This document shows, one piece after another, positions 28,774 to 38,901 of a stretch of 64,000 nt of DNA. The notes under the pieces are model-generated. The model was not told where the DNA came from and ran no database searches. It worked only from the letters and a program-made list of their open reading frames with translations. This DNA comes from Candidatus Omnitrophota bacterium. GTDB taxonomy: Bacteria; Omnitrophota; Gorgyraeia; Duberdicusellales; 4484-171. The position numbers and the translations under genes are program-made. The DNA lies in contig JBAWWL010000003.1 in the NCBI GenBank assembly GCA_037146775.1, forward strand, positions 2,334 to 66,333, written 5' to 3'. The stretch's first letter is position 1, and the number at the start of each line of letters is the position of its first letter.

Positions 28774-29955
28774 ATGGCCAAACTTACAGTAAAGGACATG
28801 GATTTTAAAGGTAAAAAAGTAATTATGCGCGTGGATTTTAATGTGCCGCTCGATAAGCAGGCAAACATCACCGACGATACGCGCATCAAAGAAGCATTAC
28901 CTACTATTACATACGTTTTGGACAAAGGCGCAAAAAAAGTGATTTTAATGAGCCATTTAGGAAGGCCGGAAGGTAAAGTCGTTGAGAACTTACGCTTGAC
29001 GCCGGTCGCGAAAAGATTAGCCGAGCTTCTGGGTCAGGATGTGGAAAAAATGGATGATTGCGTGGGTAGTGACGTCAAAAAGAAAATCGACGCAAGCAGT
29101 AAAAAAGTAATTCTTTTAGAAAATTTACGTTTCCATCCGGAAGAAGAAGCCGGGGACGATCAATTTGCCAAACAACTTGCTTCTTTGGCTGAAATATATG
29201 TGAACGATGCTTTCGGAACTGCGCATCGCGCCCATGCCTCCACCACCGTTATTGCAAAGTTTTTGCCTTCTTGCCTGGGATTCTTGATGGAAAAAGAGGT
29301 AACGCATCTTTCGTGCGCGCTTTCGCCGGAAAAACCCTATGTAGTTATTTTAGGCGGCGCGAAAGTGTCCGACAAAATAGACGTGATCTCTAACTTAATG
29401 GAAAAAGCAGACAAGATTTTAATCGGCGGCGCAATGGCATATACATTCTTGAAAAGTAAAGGCGAAGCTGTCGGCAGTTCGCGTGTTGAGGCTGATAAGC
29501 TTGATGTGGCGAAAGACATATTGAAGAAAGCGGAAAGTAAAAAAGTAAAAATTATCCTGCCCATAGATCATGTGGTGATAGATAATTTAGAAAAGCCGAC
29601 CGCAAAAAAAACGGTCAAAGTAATCCCGCAGGGTTTCTTGGGTGTTGACGTGGGGCCTGAGACAATCGCATTATTTAAGAAAGAACTTAGCGACGCCAAA
29701 ACTATTCTTTGGAATGGGCCGCTCGGCATCTTTGAGAAAGACGATTATGCAAAGGGGACAAAAGATATCGCCGAGTATCTCGCAACACTGAAAGCCGCTA
29801 CGGTTATCGTTGGCGGAGGAGATTCGGCTTCGGCGGCAAAGAAATTTGGCGTGGCTGCGAAATTGTCGCATGTATCTACCGGCGGTGGAGCATCGCTTGA
29901 ATTCTTGGAAGGAAAGCAGTTACCTGGGATCGCGATTATCTCCGATAAAAAATAG
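28774..29955 (+). CDS. pgk: Phosphoglycerate kinase
   Basis: 393 aa; hinge and nucleotide-binding motifs GGGASLE, IGGGDSA. Confidence 0.92.
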   Translation: MAKLTVKDMDFKGKKVIMRVDFNVPLDKQANITDDTRIKEALPTITYVLDKGAKKVILMSHLGRPEGKVVENLRLTPVAKRLAELLGQDVEKMDDCVGSDVKKKIDASSKKVILLENLRFHPEEEAGDDQFAKQLASLAEIYVNDAFGTAHRAHASTTVIAKFLPSCLGFLMEKEVTHLSCALSPEKPYVVILGGAKVSDKIDVISNLMEKADKILIGGAMAYTFLKSKGEAVGSSRVEADKLDVAKDILKKAESKKVKIILPIDHVVIDNLEKPTAKKTVKVIPQGFLGVDVGPETIALFKKELSDAKTILWNGPLGIFEKDDYAKGTKDIAEYLATLKAATVIVGGGDSASAAKKFGVAAKLSHVSTGGGASLEFLEGKQLPGIAIISDKK

Positions 29956-30078
29956 TTTCATTTTTCGTAATCATAAGACCAATGGAGAACCCCGCGGCCC
30001 GCTTCGCCGAAGCTTAAGTAAGGTGAGCTTACCGCGGAGAATAATAAGGTGTTTCATCTACAAGAGAGGTATTAAGCC

Positions 30079-30834
30079 ATGCGTAAACCATGTATTGCGG
30101 GAAACTGGAAAATGTATAAAACCGTAAGCCAGGCAACACAGCTGGCTCAGGGAATCAAGAAGGCGTTAAGCGGTTTTGATGCGGCAGACATCGTGTTGTG
30201 TCCGCCATTTACGGACCTGGGAGCCGTCTACAATATCATTTCCGATACTGATATTCATCTGGGAGCGCAGGACCTTTTTTGGGAAAAGGAAGGTGCTTAT
30301 ACCGGAGAAATTTCCCCCATTATGCTTAAAGACTGCGGATGTGAGTATGTGATCATCGGACATTCCGAACGCAGAAAGTATTTTTTTGAAACCGATGAAA
30401 CGGTAAACAAAAAGGTCAAAACAGCGTTAGGGGTTGGCCTCGTGCCGATTTGTTGTATCGGCGAAACGCTTGATGAACGAGAAGGTTCGAAGACTATCGA
30501 AGTGGTCAAGAAACAGCTTGAAGGCTGTTTCAACGGTTTGCAGCATGAAGATATGCGCGGTGTCATAATCGCCTACGAGCCGGTATGGGCTATCGGTACC
30601 GGTAAAAACGCTACCCCTGCCCAGGCGGAGGAAGTGCATAAGTTTATCCGTTCCTGGATAGAAAAGAACTATTCTTTCGGGGTGGCGGATACGATACGGA
30701 TTCTGTACGGCGGTAGCGTGAAACCGGCAAATACCAAGGAATTGATGAACGAAGAGAATGTTGATGGTGCGCTGGTTGGCGGCGCGTCATTAGAGGTCTC
30801 TTCGTTTGTGGATATCGTTAAAAACTCTATATAA
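30079..30834 (+). CDS. tpiA: Triosephosphate isomerase
   Basis: 251 aa; CIAGNWKMY, AYEPVWAIGTGK, GGASL. Confidence 0.92.
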   Translation: MRKPCIAGNWKMYKTVSQATQLAQGIKKALSGFDAADIVLCPPFTDLGAVYNIISDTDIHLGAQDLFWEKEGAYTGEISPIMLKDCGCEYVIIGHSERRKYFFETDETVNKKVKTALGVGLVPICCIGETLDEREGSKTIEVVKKQLEGCFNGLQHEDMRGVIIAYEPVWAIGTGKNATPAQAEEVHKFIRSWIEKNYSFGVADTIRILYGGSVKPANTKELMNEENVDGALVGGASLEVSSFVDIVKNSI

Positions 30835-30838
30835 CGCT

Positions 30839-31156
30839 ATGTTATACAATTTTATTTTAATACTTCATCTTATTGTGGTGGTAGCTTTGATGGCAGTGAT
30901 CCTGGTGCAGCGTGGCAGGACTGGCGGACTCGTGGAAGCGCTCGGCGGTGTTGAGTCTATCTTTGGCACTAAGACGAGCTCGTTTTTTGTGAAACTGACG
31001 GTGGGGCTGGTGATTGCATTCTTTGCTACGTGTATATCGTTGGCATATTTATCCAAAGAGAGAGGAAAATCACTTATGGATAGATATAAAGACACCCCGG
31101 CCAAACAGGAAAAAGTCCTTCCCCAGAATAATCCGCCGGCCAATGAAAAAAAATAA
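30839..31156 (+). CDS. secG: Preprotein translocase subunit SecG
   Basis: MLYNFILILHLIVVVALMAVILVQRGRTGG is the SecG signature. Start taken at the internal Met to avoid overlap with tpiA. Conserved gap-pgk-tpi-secG order. Confidence 0.8.
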   Translation: MLYNFILILHLIVVVALMAVILVQRGRTGGLVEALGGVESIFGTKTSSFFVKLTVGLVIAFFATCISLAYLSKERGKSLMDRYKDTPAKQEKVLPQNNPPANEKK

Positions 31157-31220
31157 AACTTTTCACTATTTTTTTTCAGGCCTACGCATGAGAAAAAAGA
31201 CTGCCAAGGAGTGAAGACTC

Positions 31221-32279
31221 TTGACACTGCTATGGATTTATGCTAAATTAAAATCAATGCGGCATCTTTTTATCTGCATGTTACTCGTTTTTCCTCTGTG
31301 TTCTTCTTACGGCAAAGATTATGACGAATTTTCAGACCTTCAGGCCGACGAAGCGCCATCCGGAAGTGTCACTACCCGTACCGGCGGTACAGTAACTACG
31401 CGAGGCAGTAAATCTGTTGACAGGCAAGAGACAAAGAAAGATATTCCCCGGCGACAACCGCTTCCTCGAAAAGCTGCTTTTAAGGCTTTTGAGAAAAAGT
31501 CAGATTCGTTCTCTTCCAATGATATGTTGCAAGAGCAAGCACAGTCTTACCACAGCCAGGGATATGATTTACAGACTAACGGAGACATAAAAGGAGCGTT
31601 GATATACTATCAGAAAGCTCTGGAGCTTGACCCGTCTAACACGCAGGTGATTAACGATGTGGGCGTGGCTTACGAAGGTATCGGCGATGCGGGGAATGCG
31701 TTACGGATGTATAAGAAAGCAATAGAAATGAATCCGCGATACCTGGCCGCCTACAGTAACCTTGCTGCGTTGTACGAATCTAAAGGTGATATTAAAAATG
31801 CCACTTATTATTGGGCCAAGCGCTATGAGCTTGGCCAGGATGGTGACCGTTGGCGCGAGATCGCTAAACAGCACCTTCTTAAGTTAGGCACGTATCCGGA
31901 AATTCAGAAAGAAATAGAAGAAAAAGACGCTGCCCGGCTTTCGCGGGAACTCCGGTATGAACGCCAGGAGAAACGCAAGAATTCGAATAAAGATGCTCGA
32001 TTACATATGTATATCGGCGCTCGGCTTTTTATGAACAAAGATTACACTGGAGCGTTAAAAGAATTTGACACAGGCCTTTCCTTGGAGCCGTCCGACGAAG
32101 AATTACGGTCAAAATTGATGGATTTTTATAAGAAGGCAGAAGCCGCAGCCGCAAAAGATAAAGCATTAACCGACGCTCAGGGGGCTATCGGTTCCCTAAG
32201 GGACGAAGACTTTCTTTCCGCAGAAGGAAAACTCAGAAGCGCTCTTTCGACAGTATATCGTGTGGCCCAGGAGAAATAA
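31221..32279 (+). CDS. Secreted TPR-repeat protein
   Basis: Signal peptide (start probably at the Met near 31257); several TPR-like repeats (ALIYYQKALELDPSN, LRMYKKAIEMNPRY). Confidence 0.5.
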   Translation: MTLLWIYAKLKSMRHLFICMLLVFPLCSSYGKDYDEFSDLQADEAPSGSVTTRTGGTVTTRGSKSVDRQETKKDIPRRQPLPRKAAFKAFEKKSDSFSSNDMLQEQAQSYHSQGYDLQTNGDIKGALIYYQKALELDPSNTQVINDVGVAYEGIGDAGNALRMYKKAIEMNPRYLAAYSNLAALYESKGDIKNATYYWAKRYELGQDGDRWREIAKQHLLKLGTYPEIQKEIEEKDAARLSRELRYERQEKRKNSNKDARLHMYIGARLFMNKDYTGALKEFDTGLSLEPSDEELRSKLMDFYKKAEAAAAKDKALTDAQGAIGSLRDEDFLSAEGKLRSALSTVYRVAQEK

Positions 32280-32534
32280 TATTACCAGCCTCACCTCTTT
32301 TGTTAGGTTATCCTAAATACGTAAAAGTAACTCAAAATATTTACGGTCAACATACCATAACCAATTCAACAAAAAATATCCGATGCTAAGCTATGCATGT
32401 AATTAATTCCTGCCTCTAAACAAGGCAAGTGAGTTTGCGCTGTTTTTCATTCGTATGGTTCAGGTATATATTTGATGCTGATAAAGATCATGTTCGCTAA
32501 CCGTTATTGTTTGTAAGGTACTCGCACACCATTC

Positions 32535-35054
32535 ATGTCTAACAATACCATTTATCTTGTTGATGGAACCTCGATATGCTATCGTTCATTTTTTGCAATA
32601 CGGCTTTCTACTTCAAAAGGGATACCGTCGGGAGCGGTTTTTGGATTTTATCAGACGCTTAAAAAAATACTTGCGCGCGACAAATCCGCGCATATCGGCA
32701 TTTGTTTTGATGTTTCGCGTAAAACGTTTCGTCAGGATAAGTTTGCCGCTTATAAGATTCAGCGCCAACCGATGCCCGACAATTTGAAATCGCAGATACC
32801 GCTGATAAAAAAACTCGTGTGCTTGATGGGCCTGACCATAATAGAAAAAGAGGGATTTGAGGCCGACGATGTGATTGCGTCATTGACCGAGCGGGCTCTG
32901 CGGGATAATTTCAAGGTGGTCATTGTTGCCTCAGATAAAGACATGTATCAACTCCTGCATGGCGAAGAGGCCACGATATACGATCCGGCCCGGGAAGAAA
33001 TATTTACCGAAGATGATTTTTTCAAAGTTTTTGGATTTCCTTCTAGCCGCATTGTTGATTATCTGGCGTTAGTAGGAGACAGCGTGGATAATGTGCCGGG
33101 CGCCAAGGGTATTGGTAAGGTTGGAGCCGCTAAACTGATAAAGGAATTTGCGACCGTAGAGCACATGTTTGAGAATATTGAAAATATTTCTTCCAAAACA
33201 AGGCAGATTTTAGAACGGGAACGTGACAGCATTTTTCTCAGTAAAGACTTGGTAACATTGCGGCCGTGCGAGATAGATCTCGGCTGGCAAGACTTTCAAG
33301 TGAAAGAGGCCAATCAACACGAAATGTATACTATGTTTCAGGAGTTAGAATTTAAAAGCTTACTTAAGGATGTCGCTCCGCCCGCACTACAGATAAAGGT
33401 CGATGTTGTCGAAAAGTTTCCCGCTGACTTTTTGCGGAAAAATAAATCAGAGCCGCTGGTATGTTACGGCGATTGCGGATACGTCTATTTTCTCAAGCCA
33501 CCTTCCGACAGCGTGTATAAGGTGGAGCTAAAAACTGCGGCAGAGATATTAGCCGATGCCAGCATACCAAAGATCTCTTACGATTTTAAAGCGCAGCTGC
33601 GTGGCTTAGAACCTTTGTCGGTGAAGGGGTTGTGGTTTGATGTACAGCTTGCGGCGTATCTGGTTGACCCCGCGCTGACAGACTATCAGCTCACTACCAT
33701 TATTGCTCAATGTCTGTCGGAATTCGCGGCAGAGGTTCCGGCTGAGGCTGTGCCGTTTTTTATTCACCGGCTCTATCTTTTCTTGCATCCGAAGTTGAAA
33801 GAAAATGGTCTGGAAAAGTTATTTTTCGAAGTAGAAATGCCTTTAATTAACATATTATACGAAATGCAGCGTTTCGGCGTGACCATACATATACCCACCA
33901 TGGAGAAACTTTCGAAAGAGGTCGAAAAGCGCCTAGAAGAGATCAAAAAAGAAGTTTTCAAGATTGCCGGCAAAGATTTTAATCTGAATTCACCAAAACA
34001 ACTTGCGGCGATACTGTTCGAAGAGCTGAAAATTCCGGCTTTAAAGAAAACAAAAACAGGCTATTCCACGAACGAAGAGGTACTGGAAAAGTTATCGTCC
34101 GAGTATGCAATAGCGAAGCTCATATTGGAGTATCGCGAGCTTAGTAAATTGGAAACTACATATATTATGCCGTTGATTGAAAGTGTCAAATTGCATGGGG
34201 GGAAGCTGCATGCCGAATTTAACCAAACTGCGACGCAAACGGGCAGGCTTTCCAGTTCATCGCCAAACCTGCAAAGTATCCCTGTCAAGGGTACCTTTTC
34301 TTCGTATCTGCGCAGCGCTTTTACGCCGTCTTTCGACGACGGTTTTCTTGTATCGGCGGATTATTCGCAGATTGAACTGCGTATTTTAGCGCATTTTTCA
34401 TCGGATGAGAAACTCAAGGAAGCATTTGTGAAAAAACTCGATGTGCACCGTTACACCGCTTCGCTTCTTTTCCAAACCGGTGAGAACGATATCAGCGATA
34501 GCCAGCGCACCATCGCTAAACGAGTCAATTTTGGGATTATTTACGGAATGAGCCCCTACGGGCTTTCCCAGGAATTGCAGATAAGCCCTCAGGAAGCGGA
34601 AAACTTCATTCACGATTATTTCCTGCGTTATCCCCGGGTTAACGAATATATTAAAAATATTTATCAAAAAGCATATGAGCAAGGGTTTGTTACCACCATC
34701 TTGGGAAGGAAAAGATATTTGCCAGATTTTCATAGCAACCATCAACAGCTGCAGGATTTTGCGAAGCGCCAGGCAGTCAATACCCCTATCCAGGGTTCTT
34801 GTGCCGATCTGATCAAGGTGGCGATGATAAAAATACACGAGGAGTTTGAGGCAAAAAATTTTCAGTCACAACTCATTATGCAAATTCACGACGAGTTGGT
34901 TTTTGATGTGCCCAGGAATGAACTTAAAGCAGTAGCGGCAATCGTGAAAAAGAATATGGAAGAAAGCATTATGTTAAGCGTTCCTGTTGACGTGGATATT
35001 AAGATTGGGAAAAATTGGGCCCAGATGCAGGAATTTAAGGGCGATGTTATATAA
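32535..35054 (+). CDS. polA: DNA polymerase I (5'-3' nuclease + polymerase; 3'-5' exo region apparently degenerate)
   Basis: 839 aa. N-terminal FEN/5'-nuclease domain; polymerase motif A DYSQIELRILAH; motif C QIHDELVF. The ExoI DxE motif is not seen (the region reads LVCYGDCGYVYFL). Confidence 0.88.
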   Translation: MSNNTIYLVDGTSICYRSFFAIRLSTSKGIPSGAVFGFYQTLKKILARDKSAHIGICFDVSRKTFRQDKFAAYKIQRQPMPDNLKSQIPLIKKLVCLMGLTIIEKEGFEADDVIASLTERALRDNFKVVIVASDKDMYQLLHGEEATIYDPAREEIFTEDDFFKVFGFPSSRIVDYLALVGDSVDNVPGAKGIGKVGAAKLIKEFATVEHMFENIENISSKTRQILERERDSIFLSKDLVTLRPCEIDLGWQDFQVKEANQHEMYTMFQELEFKSLLKDVAPPALQIKVDVVEKFPADFLRKNKSEPLVCYGDCGYVYFLKPPSDSVYKVELKTAAEILADASIPKISYDFKAQLRGLEPLSVKGLWFDVQLAAYLVDPALTDYQLTTIIAQCLSEFAAEVPAEAVPFFIHRLYLFLHPKLKENGLEKLFFEVEMPLINILYEMQRFGVTIHIPTMEKLSKEVEKRLEEIKKEVFKIAGKDFNLNSPKQLAAILFEELKIPALKKTKTGYSTNEEVLEKLSSEYAIAKLILEYRELSKLETTYIMPLIESVKLHGGKLHAEFNQTATQTGRLSSSSPNLQSIPVKGTFSSYLRSAFTPSFDDGFLVSADYSQIELRILAHFSSDEKLKEAFVKKLDVHRYTASLLFQTGENDISDSQRTIAKRVNFGIIYGMSPYGLSQELQISPQEAENFIHDYFLRYPRVNEYIKNIYQKAYEQGFVTTILGRKRYLPDFHSNHQQLQDFAKRQAVNTPIQGSCADLIKVAMIKIHEEFEAKNFQSQLIMQIHDELVFDVPRNELKAVAAIVKKNMEESIMLSVPVDVDIKIGKNWAQMQEFKGDVI

Positions 35055-35121
35055 TTATTAATTTATTTAGTTAAGTTTTCGGCGTGTATGCCGGAAACGG
35101 GTCTACTAAAGGAGGGTTTAC

Positions 35122-36498
35122 ATGAAAATAGCGCTTTGTTCCTCGGAGGTTTTTCCGTATGCAAAAACAGGTGGCTTAGCAGACGTAGCCGGCGCGTTGC
35201 CCGCGGCCTTAGCCAAACAAGGTTGCGAAGTGAAGGTTTTCATGCCTTGTTATAAAAACGTAAAGCCTCAGAAAAACTTTGAGCGTTTTGGCGTTATTAA
35301 AGAAGGAAACGTGGAATTTATTTTTATCAAGAACGACAACTACTTTTTGCGTGATGCATTATACGGTACTCCGCAGGGCGATTACCCCGATAATTTAGAA
35401 AGGTTTTCTTTCTTTAGCAAAGCCGTACTTGATACCTTAAAGGAATTGAAATTTTGTCCTGACATCATTCATAGTAACGACTGGCAGGTTGCCTTGGTAA
35501 ATATCTATCTTAAAACTCTCTACAGAAACGATGATTTTTTCCGCAACACCAAATGTGTGTTAACGGTGCATAACATGGCTTATCAGGGTTTGTTTGAAAA
35601 AGATAAATATCCCCTTCTGGGAATCTCCTGGGACTATTTTAATATGCGCTGTTTAGAATTTTACGGCAAGATCAATCTTTTAAAAGGGGGTATCGTATTC
35701 TCGGACATGATTAATACCGTCAGCCCCACCTATGCCAAGCAGATCCAGACCTCTGATTATGGTTGTGGCCTGGATGGCGTATTGCGGGAAGAAAGGGAAC
35801 GGCTGGTAGGGATACTGAACGCTATCGATTACGATGTGTGGAACCCCAAAATAGACAAACTACTCTATAAGACCTATTCGCCGGCAACTCTTCAAGACAA
35901 ATATGTTAACAAAAAAATGTTTCAAAAGGAGTTAGGACTGAAAGTAGATGCCGATACGCCGCTATTAGGAATGGTTAGCCGGCTTGCGGAGCAAAAAGGC
36001 GTGGACATCCTTACGCAGTCTCTTGATTATGTGCTCAAAGGCTGTCAGGTGGTTATTTTAGGTTTCGGCGACGAAAAGTATCATCAAATATTAAAGCAGA
36101 AGGCTCTCAAGTTTAAGAAAGCCTTTTCTCTCAACTTAAAGTTTGACGAAACGTTTGCCCACCGTATTTATGCGGCTTGCGATTGCTTTCTCATGCCTTC
36201 GCGTTTTGAGCCGTGTGGGCTTTCGCAGATGATCAGTTATAAATACGCCACCGTTCCCATTGTGCATTCTACCGGTGGTTTGGCTGATACGGTTGTTGAT
36301 GTTCAGGACCAGGGTGGAGGTTTTGTACTCGCTAATTATAGCAGTAAAGAACTAAGCAGTTGCGTGGATAGGGCTTGTGAGCTTTATGCAAAGAAAGCGC
36401 AATGGAAGAAACTATTACAGAAAATCACCAAATATAACTTTTCCTGGGATGCGGCCGCGAAAAAATATATCGCGATGTACAAAAAAGCGCACCTGTAA
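35122..36498 (+). CDS. glgA: Glycogen synthase (ADP-glucose type)
   Basis: 458 aa; N-terminal KTGGLADV motif; GT-B fold. Confidence 0.85.
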   Translation: MKIALCSSEVFPYAKTGGLADVAGALPAALAKQGCEVKVFMPCYKNVKPQKNFERFGVIKEGNVEFIFIKNDNYFLRDALYGTPQGDYPDNLERFSFFSKAVLDTLKELKFCPDIIHSNDWQVALVNIYLKTLYRNDDFFRNTKCVLTVHNMAYQGLFEKDKYPLLGISWDYFNMRCLEFYGKINLLKGGIVFSDMINTVSPTYAKQIQTSDYGCGLDGVLREERERLVGILNAIDYDVWNPKIDKLLYKTYSPATLQDKYVNKKMFQKELGLKVDADTPLLGMVSRLAEQKGVDILTQSLDYVLKGCQVVILGFGDEKYHQILKQKALKFKKAFSLNLKFDETFAHRIYAACDCFLMPSRFEPCGLSQMISYKYATVPIVHSTGGLADTVVDVQDQGGGFVLANYSSKELSSCVDRACELYAKKAQWKKLLQKITKYNFSWDAAAKKYIAMYKKAHL

Positions 36499-36523
36499 TA
36501 AGTCTATCGTTCTCAAATACACA

Positions 36524-37114
36524 ATGTCTACTTTTGCTTTAACTGGTCATTGGGCAAGCGGTAAAAGCGCAGTCTTGGGGCTCTTGCGTAAGAAAGGGGC
36601 GGTTATCTTTGACGCCGACAAGAGCGTACACGCGTATTATCGCGACCAATCCAGCACTGTGTACAAAAGGATTGTTGCCGCGTTTCCCGGTGTAAGCGGC
36701 CGTAAAGGCATATCTCGCAAAAAGTTAGGCGCAGCAGTCTTTTCTGACTTCGAGAAGCTCACTCAATTGGAACGCATCGTACATCCGGTAGTTATACGCG
36801 ATTTAAAGCACTGGGTACGAGACGCTCAAAGCCGACAAGCCATCCATATCGCCGAAGTGCCGCTTCTTTTCGAAAAGGGTCTCGGGCGATATTTCGATGC
36901 GGTGATTGTGGTTTCAGCCAAAGAGAAAATTATTCGCCGCCGGCTGCGCGCTAAAACCGGCCTTTCGGATCTGCTGATGACAAGGCGGCTGTCATTGTAT
37001 ATGCCAATGGCCAAGAAGATAAGGATGGCCGATTTTGTGTTGGACAACAATTCCGGATTACGGGCACTGCAAAGAAAAGTGAACGTTTTGTGGGAACAAC
37101 TACGGCAATACTAG
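36524..37114 (+). CDS. coaE: Dephospho-CoA kinase
   Basis: P-loop ALTGHWASGKS near the N-terminus. Start taken at the internal Met; the longer ORF overlaps glgA. Confidence 0.7.
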   Translation: MSTFALTGHWASGKSAVLGLLRKKGAVIFDADKSVHAYYRDQSSTVYKRIVAAFPGVSGRKGISRKKLGAAVFSDFEKLTQLERIVHPVVIRDLKHWVRDAQSRQAIHIAEVPLLFEKGLGRYFDAVIVVSAKEKIIRRRLRAKTGLSDLLMTRRLSLYMPMAKKIRMADFVLDNNSGLRALQRKVNVLWEQLRQY

Positions 37115-37202
37115 CAACATATTTTTTCGAAGGTTTCAGGGGTTAAGTGATTAACAATAGAAAAGTAATAATTATTGTGTAGCACTGTAAGGAGGTTGTG
37201 TC

Positions 37203-38474
37203 ATGGATGAGAGCATTGATATGGGGGCGTTAAAAGAGATGAAAATCTCGGAGTTGAATAAGATCGCCAAGGGGCTGGATATTAACGGCCTAAGCGGTTT
37301 TAAGAAACAGGATCTTATTTTTAAGATTCTGCAGGCTAAAGCGGAGAAGGAAGGGCTGATGTTCGGTAACGGCGTCTTGGAAGTTCTTTCTGAAGGTTTT
37401 GGCTTTTTGCGCGCGCAAAACTACAACTATTTGCCCTCACCCGACGATATTTATGTATCGCCGTCGCAAATCAGGAAATTTACGCTTAAAACAGGTGATA
37501 CGGTGAGCGGTCAAATCCGTCCACCCAAAGATAATGAAAAATATTTCGCTCTTCTTAAGGTTGAGGCGGTCAACTTTGAAGATCCCGAGCAGTCTCGCGA
37601 CCGGGTACTTTTTGACAACCTTACTCCCGTGTACCCCAAGGAGAGATTTATCTTAGAGACTGTTTCTAACGAATTGTCTATGCGCGTCCTTGACCTGCTT
37701 TGTCCCATAGGTAAGGGCCAGCGTGGTTTGATTGTCGCTCCTCCCTATAGCGGAAAAACAGTGTTGTTGCAGAAAGTGGCCAACGCCATCATGAACAATT
37801 ATCCCGAAGTAATTCTTATTGTACTGCTTATTGACGAGCGTCCGGAAGAAGTTACGGAAATGAAGACCATGGTTAAGGGCGAAGTGATCAGTTCAACGTT
37901 CGATGAACCTGCCCAGCGCCACGTACAGGTTGCGGAAATGACTATCGAAAAAGCGAAACGCCTGATCGAACACAAAAAAGACGTGGTAATACTTTTGGAT
38001 AGTATTACGCGTTTAGCCCGCGCCTATAACCTGGTTGAGCCGCATTCTGGCAGGATTCTTTCCGGTGGTATCGATTCCAGCGCCCTGCATAAGCCTAAAA
38101 GGTTTTTCGGCGCAGCAAGAGCATTGGAGGAAGGCGGATCCCTGACTATTATCGCCACTTCGCTCATCGATACCGGCTCGCGAATGGATGATGTTATTTT
38201 CGAGGAATTTAAAGGTACCGGCAATATGGAAATAACACTTGACAGAAATATCTTTCAGAGGAGAATTTATCCTTCGATTGACATTAAGCGTTCCAATACG
38301 AGGCGAGAAGAGCTCCTTATCCATCCCGACGAACTGCAGAGGATATGGATGTTGCGTAAAGCGCTGAACGAGCTTAGTTCCGTGGAGGCGTTGGAGCTGC
38401 TTATCGAGAAGCTTGGTAAAACAAAGAATAATGTTGAGTTTTTAGTGACATTAAGCAAAAGCAGCATGGCTTAA
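37203..38474 (+). CDS. rho: Transcription termination factor Rho
   Basis: 423 aa. N-terminal Rho_N/cold-shock domain ([14 protein letters not shown]), RecA-like ATPase with Walker [10 protein letters not shown]- and R-loops. Confidence 0.92.
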   Translation: MDESIDMGALKEMKISELNKIAKGLDINGLSGFKKQDLIFKILQAKAEKEGLMFGNGVLEVLSEGFGFLRAQNYNYLPSPDDIYVSPSQIRKFTLKTGDTVSGQIRPPKDNEKYFALLKVEAVNFEDPEQSRDRVLFDNLTPVYPKERFILETVSNELSMRVLDLLCPIGKGQRGLIVAPPYSGKTVLLQKVANAIMNNYPEVILIVLLIDERPEEVTEMKTMVKGEVISSTFDEPAQRHVQVAEMTIEKAKRLIEHKKDVVILLDSITRLARAYNLVEPHSGRILSGGIDSSALHKPKRFFGAARALEEGGSLTIIATSLIDTGSRMDDVIFEEFKGTGNMEITLDRNIFQRRIYPSIDIKRSNTRREELLIHPDELQRIWMLRKALNELSSVEALELLIEKLGKTKNNVEFLVTLSKSSMA

Positions 38475-38562
38475 ACAACTTTACTGTGTGAGCGCTGAGC
38501 TTCTGTTTTGACATCTACGGATAAGAGGCTTGCTGCGAATGTATAAATACAAGGAGGATAGA

Positions 38563-38766
38563 ATGAAAGAAAAGATTCACCCTAAGTATGAGCTTGCTAC
38601 TGTTATGTGTGCGTGCGGAAATGTGCTGCATACACGTTCTACGAAAAAGACCATTAACGTGGAAATCTGCTCAAAATGCCACCCGTTTTTTACGGGTAAG
38701 CAGAAATTTGTCGATTCCGAAGGAAGAGTCGATAAATTCATGAAGAAATACGCTAAAAAGAAATAA
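38563..38766 (+). CDS. rpmE: 50S ribosomal protein L31
   Basis: [29 protein letters not shown]...[12 protein letters not shown], the Zn-ribbon-type L31. AGGAGG RBS upstream. Confidence 0.9.
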   Translation: MKEKIHPKYELATVMCACGNVLHTRSTKKTINVEICSKCHPFFTGKQKFVDSEGRVDKFMKKYAKKK

Positions 38767-38789
38767 CCACAAATGGGCACAGATTACGA

Positions 38790-38830
38790 TCACAGATAGC
38801 CACGGATGTCTATCTGTGCTTATTCGTTTT
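38790..38830 (+). terminator. Rho-independent terminator-like hairpin after rpmE
   Basis: Perfect 9-bp stem CACAGATAG - 10 nt loop - CTATCTGTG, followed by the T-rich tract CTTATTCGTTTTCT. Confidence 0.5.
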
Positions 38831-38901
38831 CTCCGCCACCTTTAAAAAATAAGGCGGATCCGCCTCGGGCGGAAAATCTGCGATTATCTGCGTAATGAAC
38901 T

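Noticed and set aside
31014-31214. ORF 31014-31214 (+) overlapping the secG 3' end
   Set aside because: It is an alternate-frame overlap. The K/R-rich translation is typical of the A-rich DNA here, and no motifs are present.
36377-36523. N-terminal extensions in the ORF track (coaE from 36377, murA from 41008, tyrS from 24101, secG from 30806, rpmE from 38530, trpF from 44972, proA from 18313, lptD from 52457)
   Set aside because: The extensions overlap upstream genes and are Arg/Lys-rich and unconserved. In each case an internal Met aligned with the conserved family N-terminus was chosen instead; rpmE, tyrS and the HypA-like ORF also have a good RBS.
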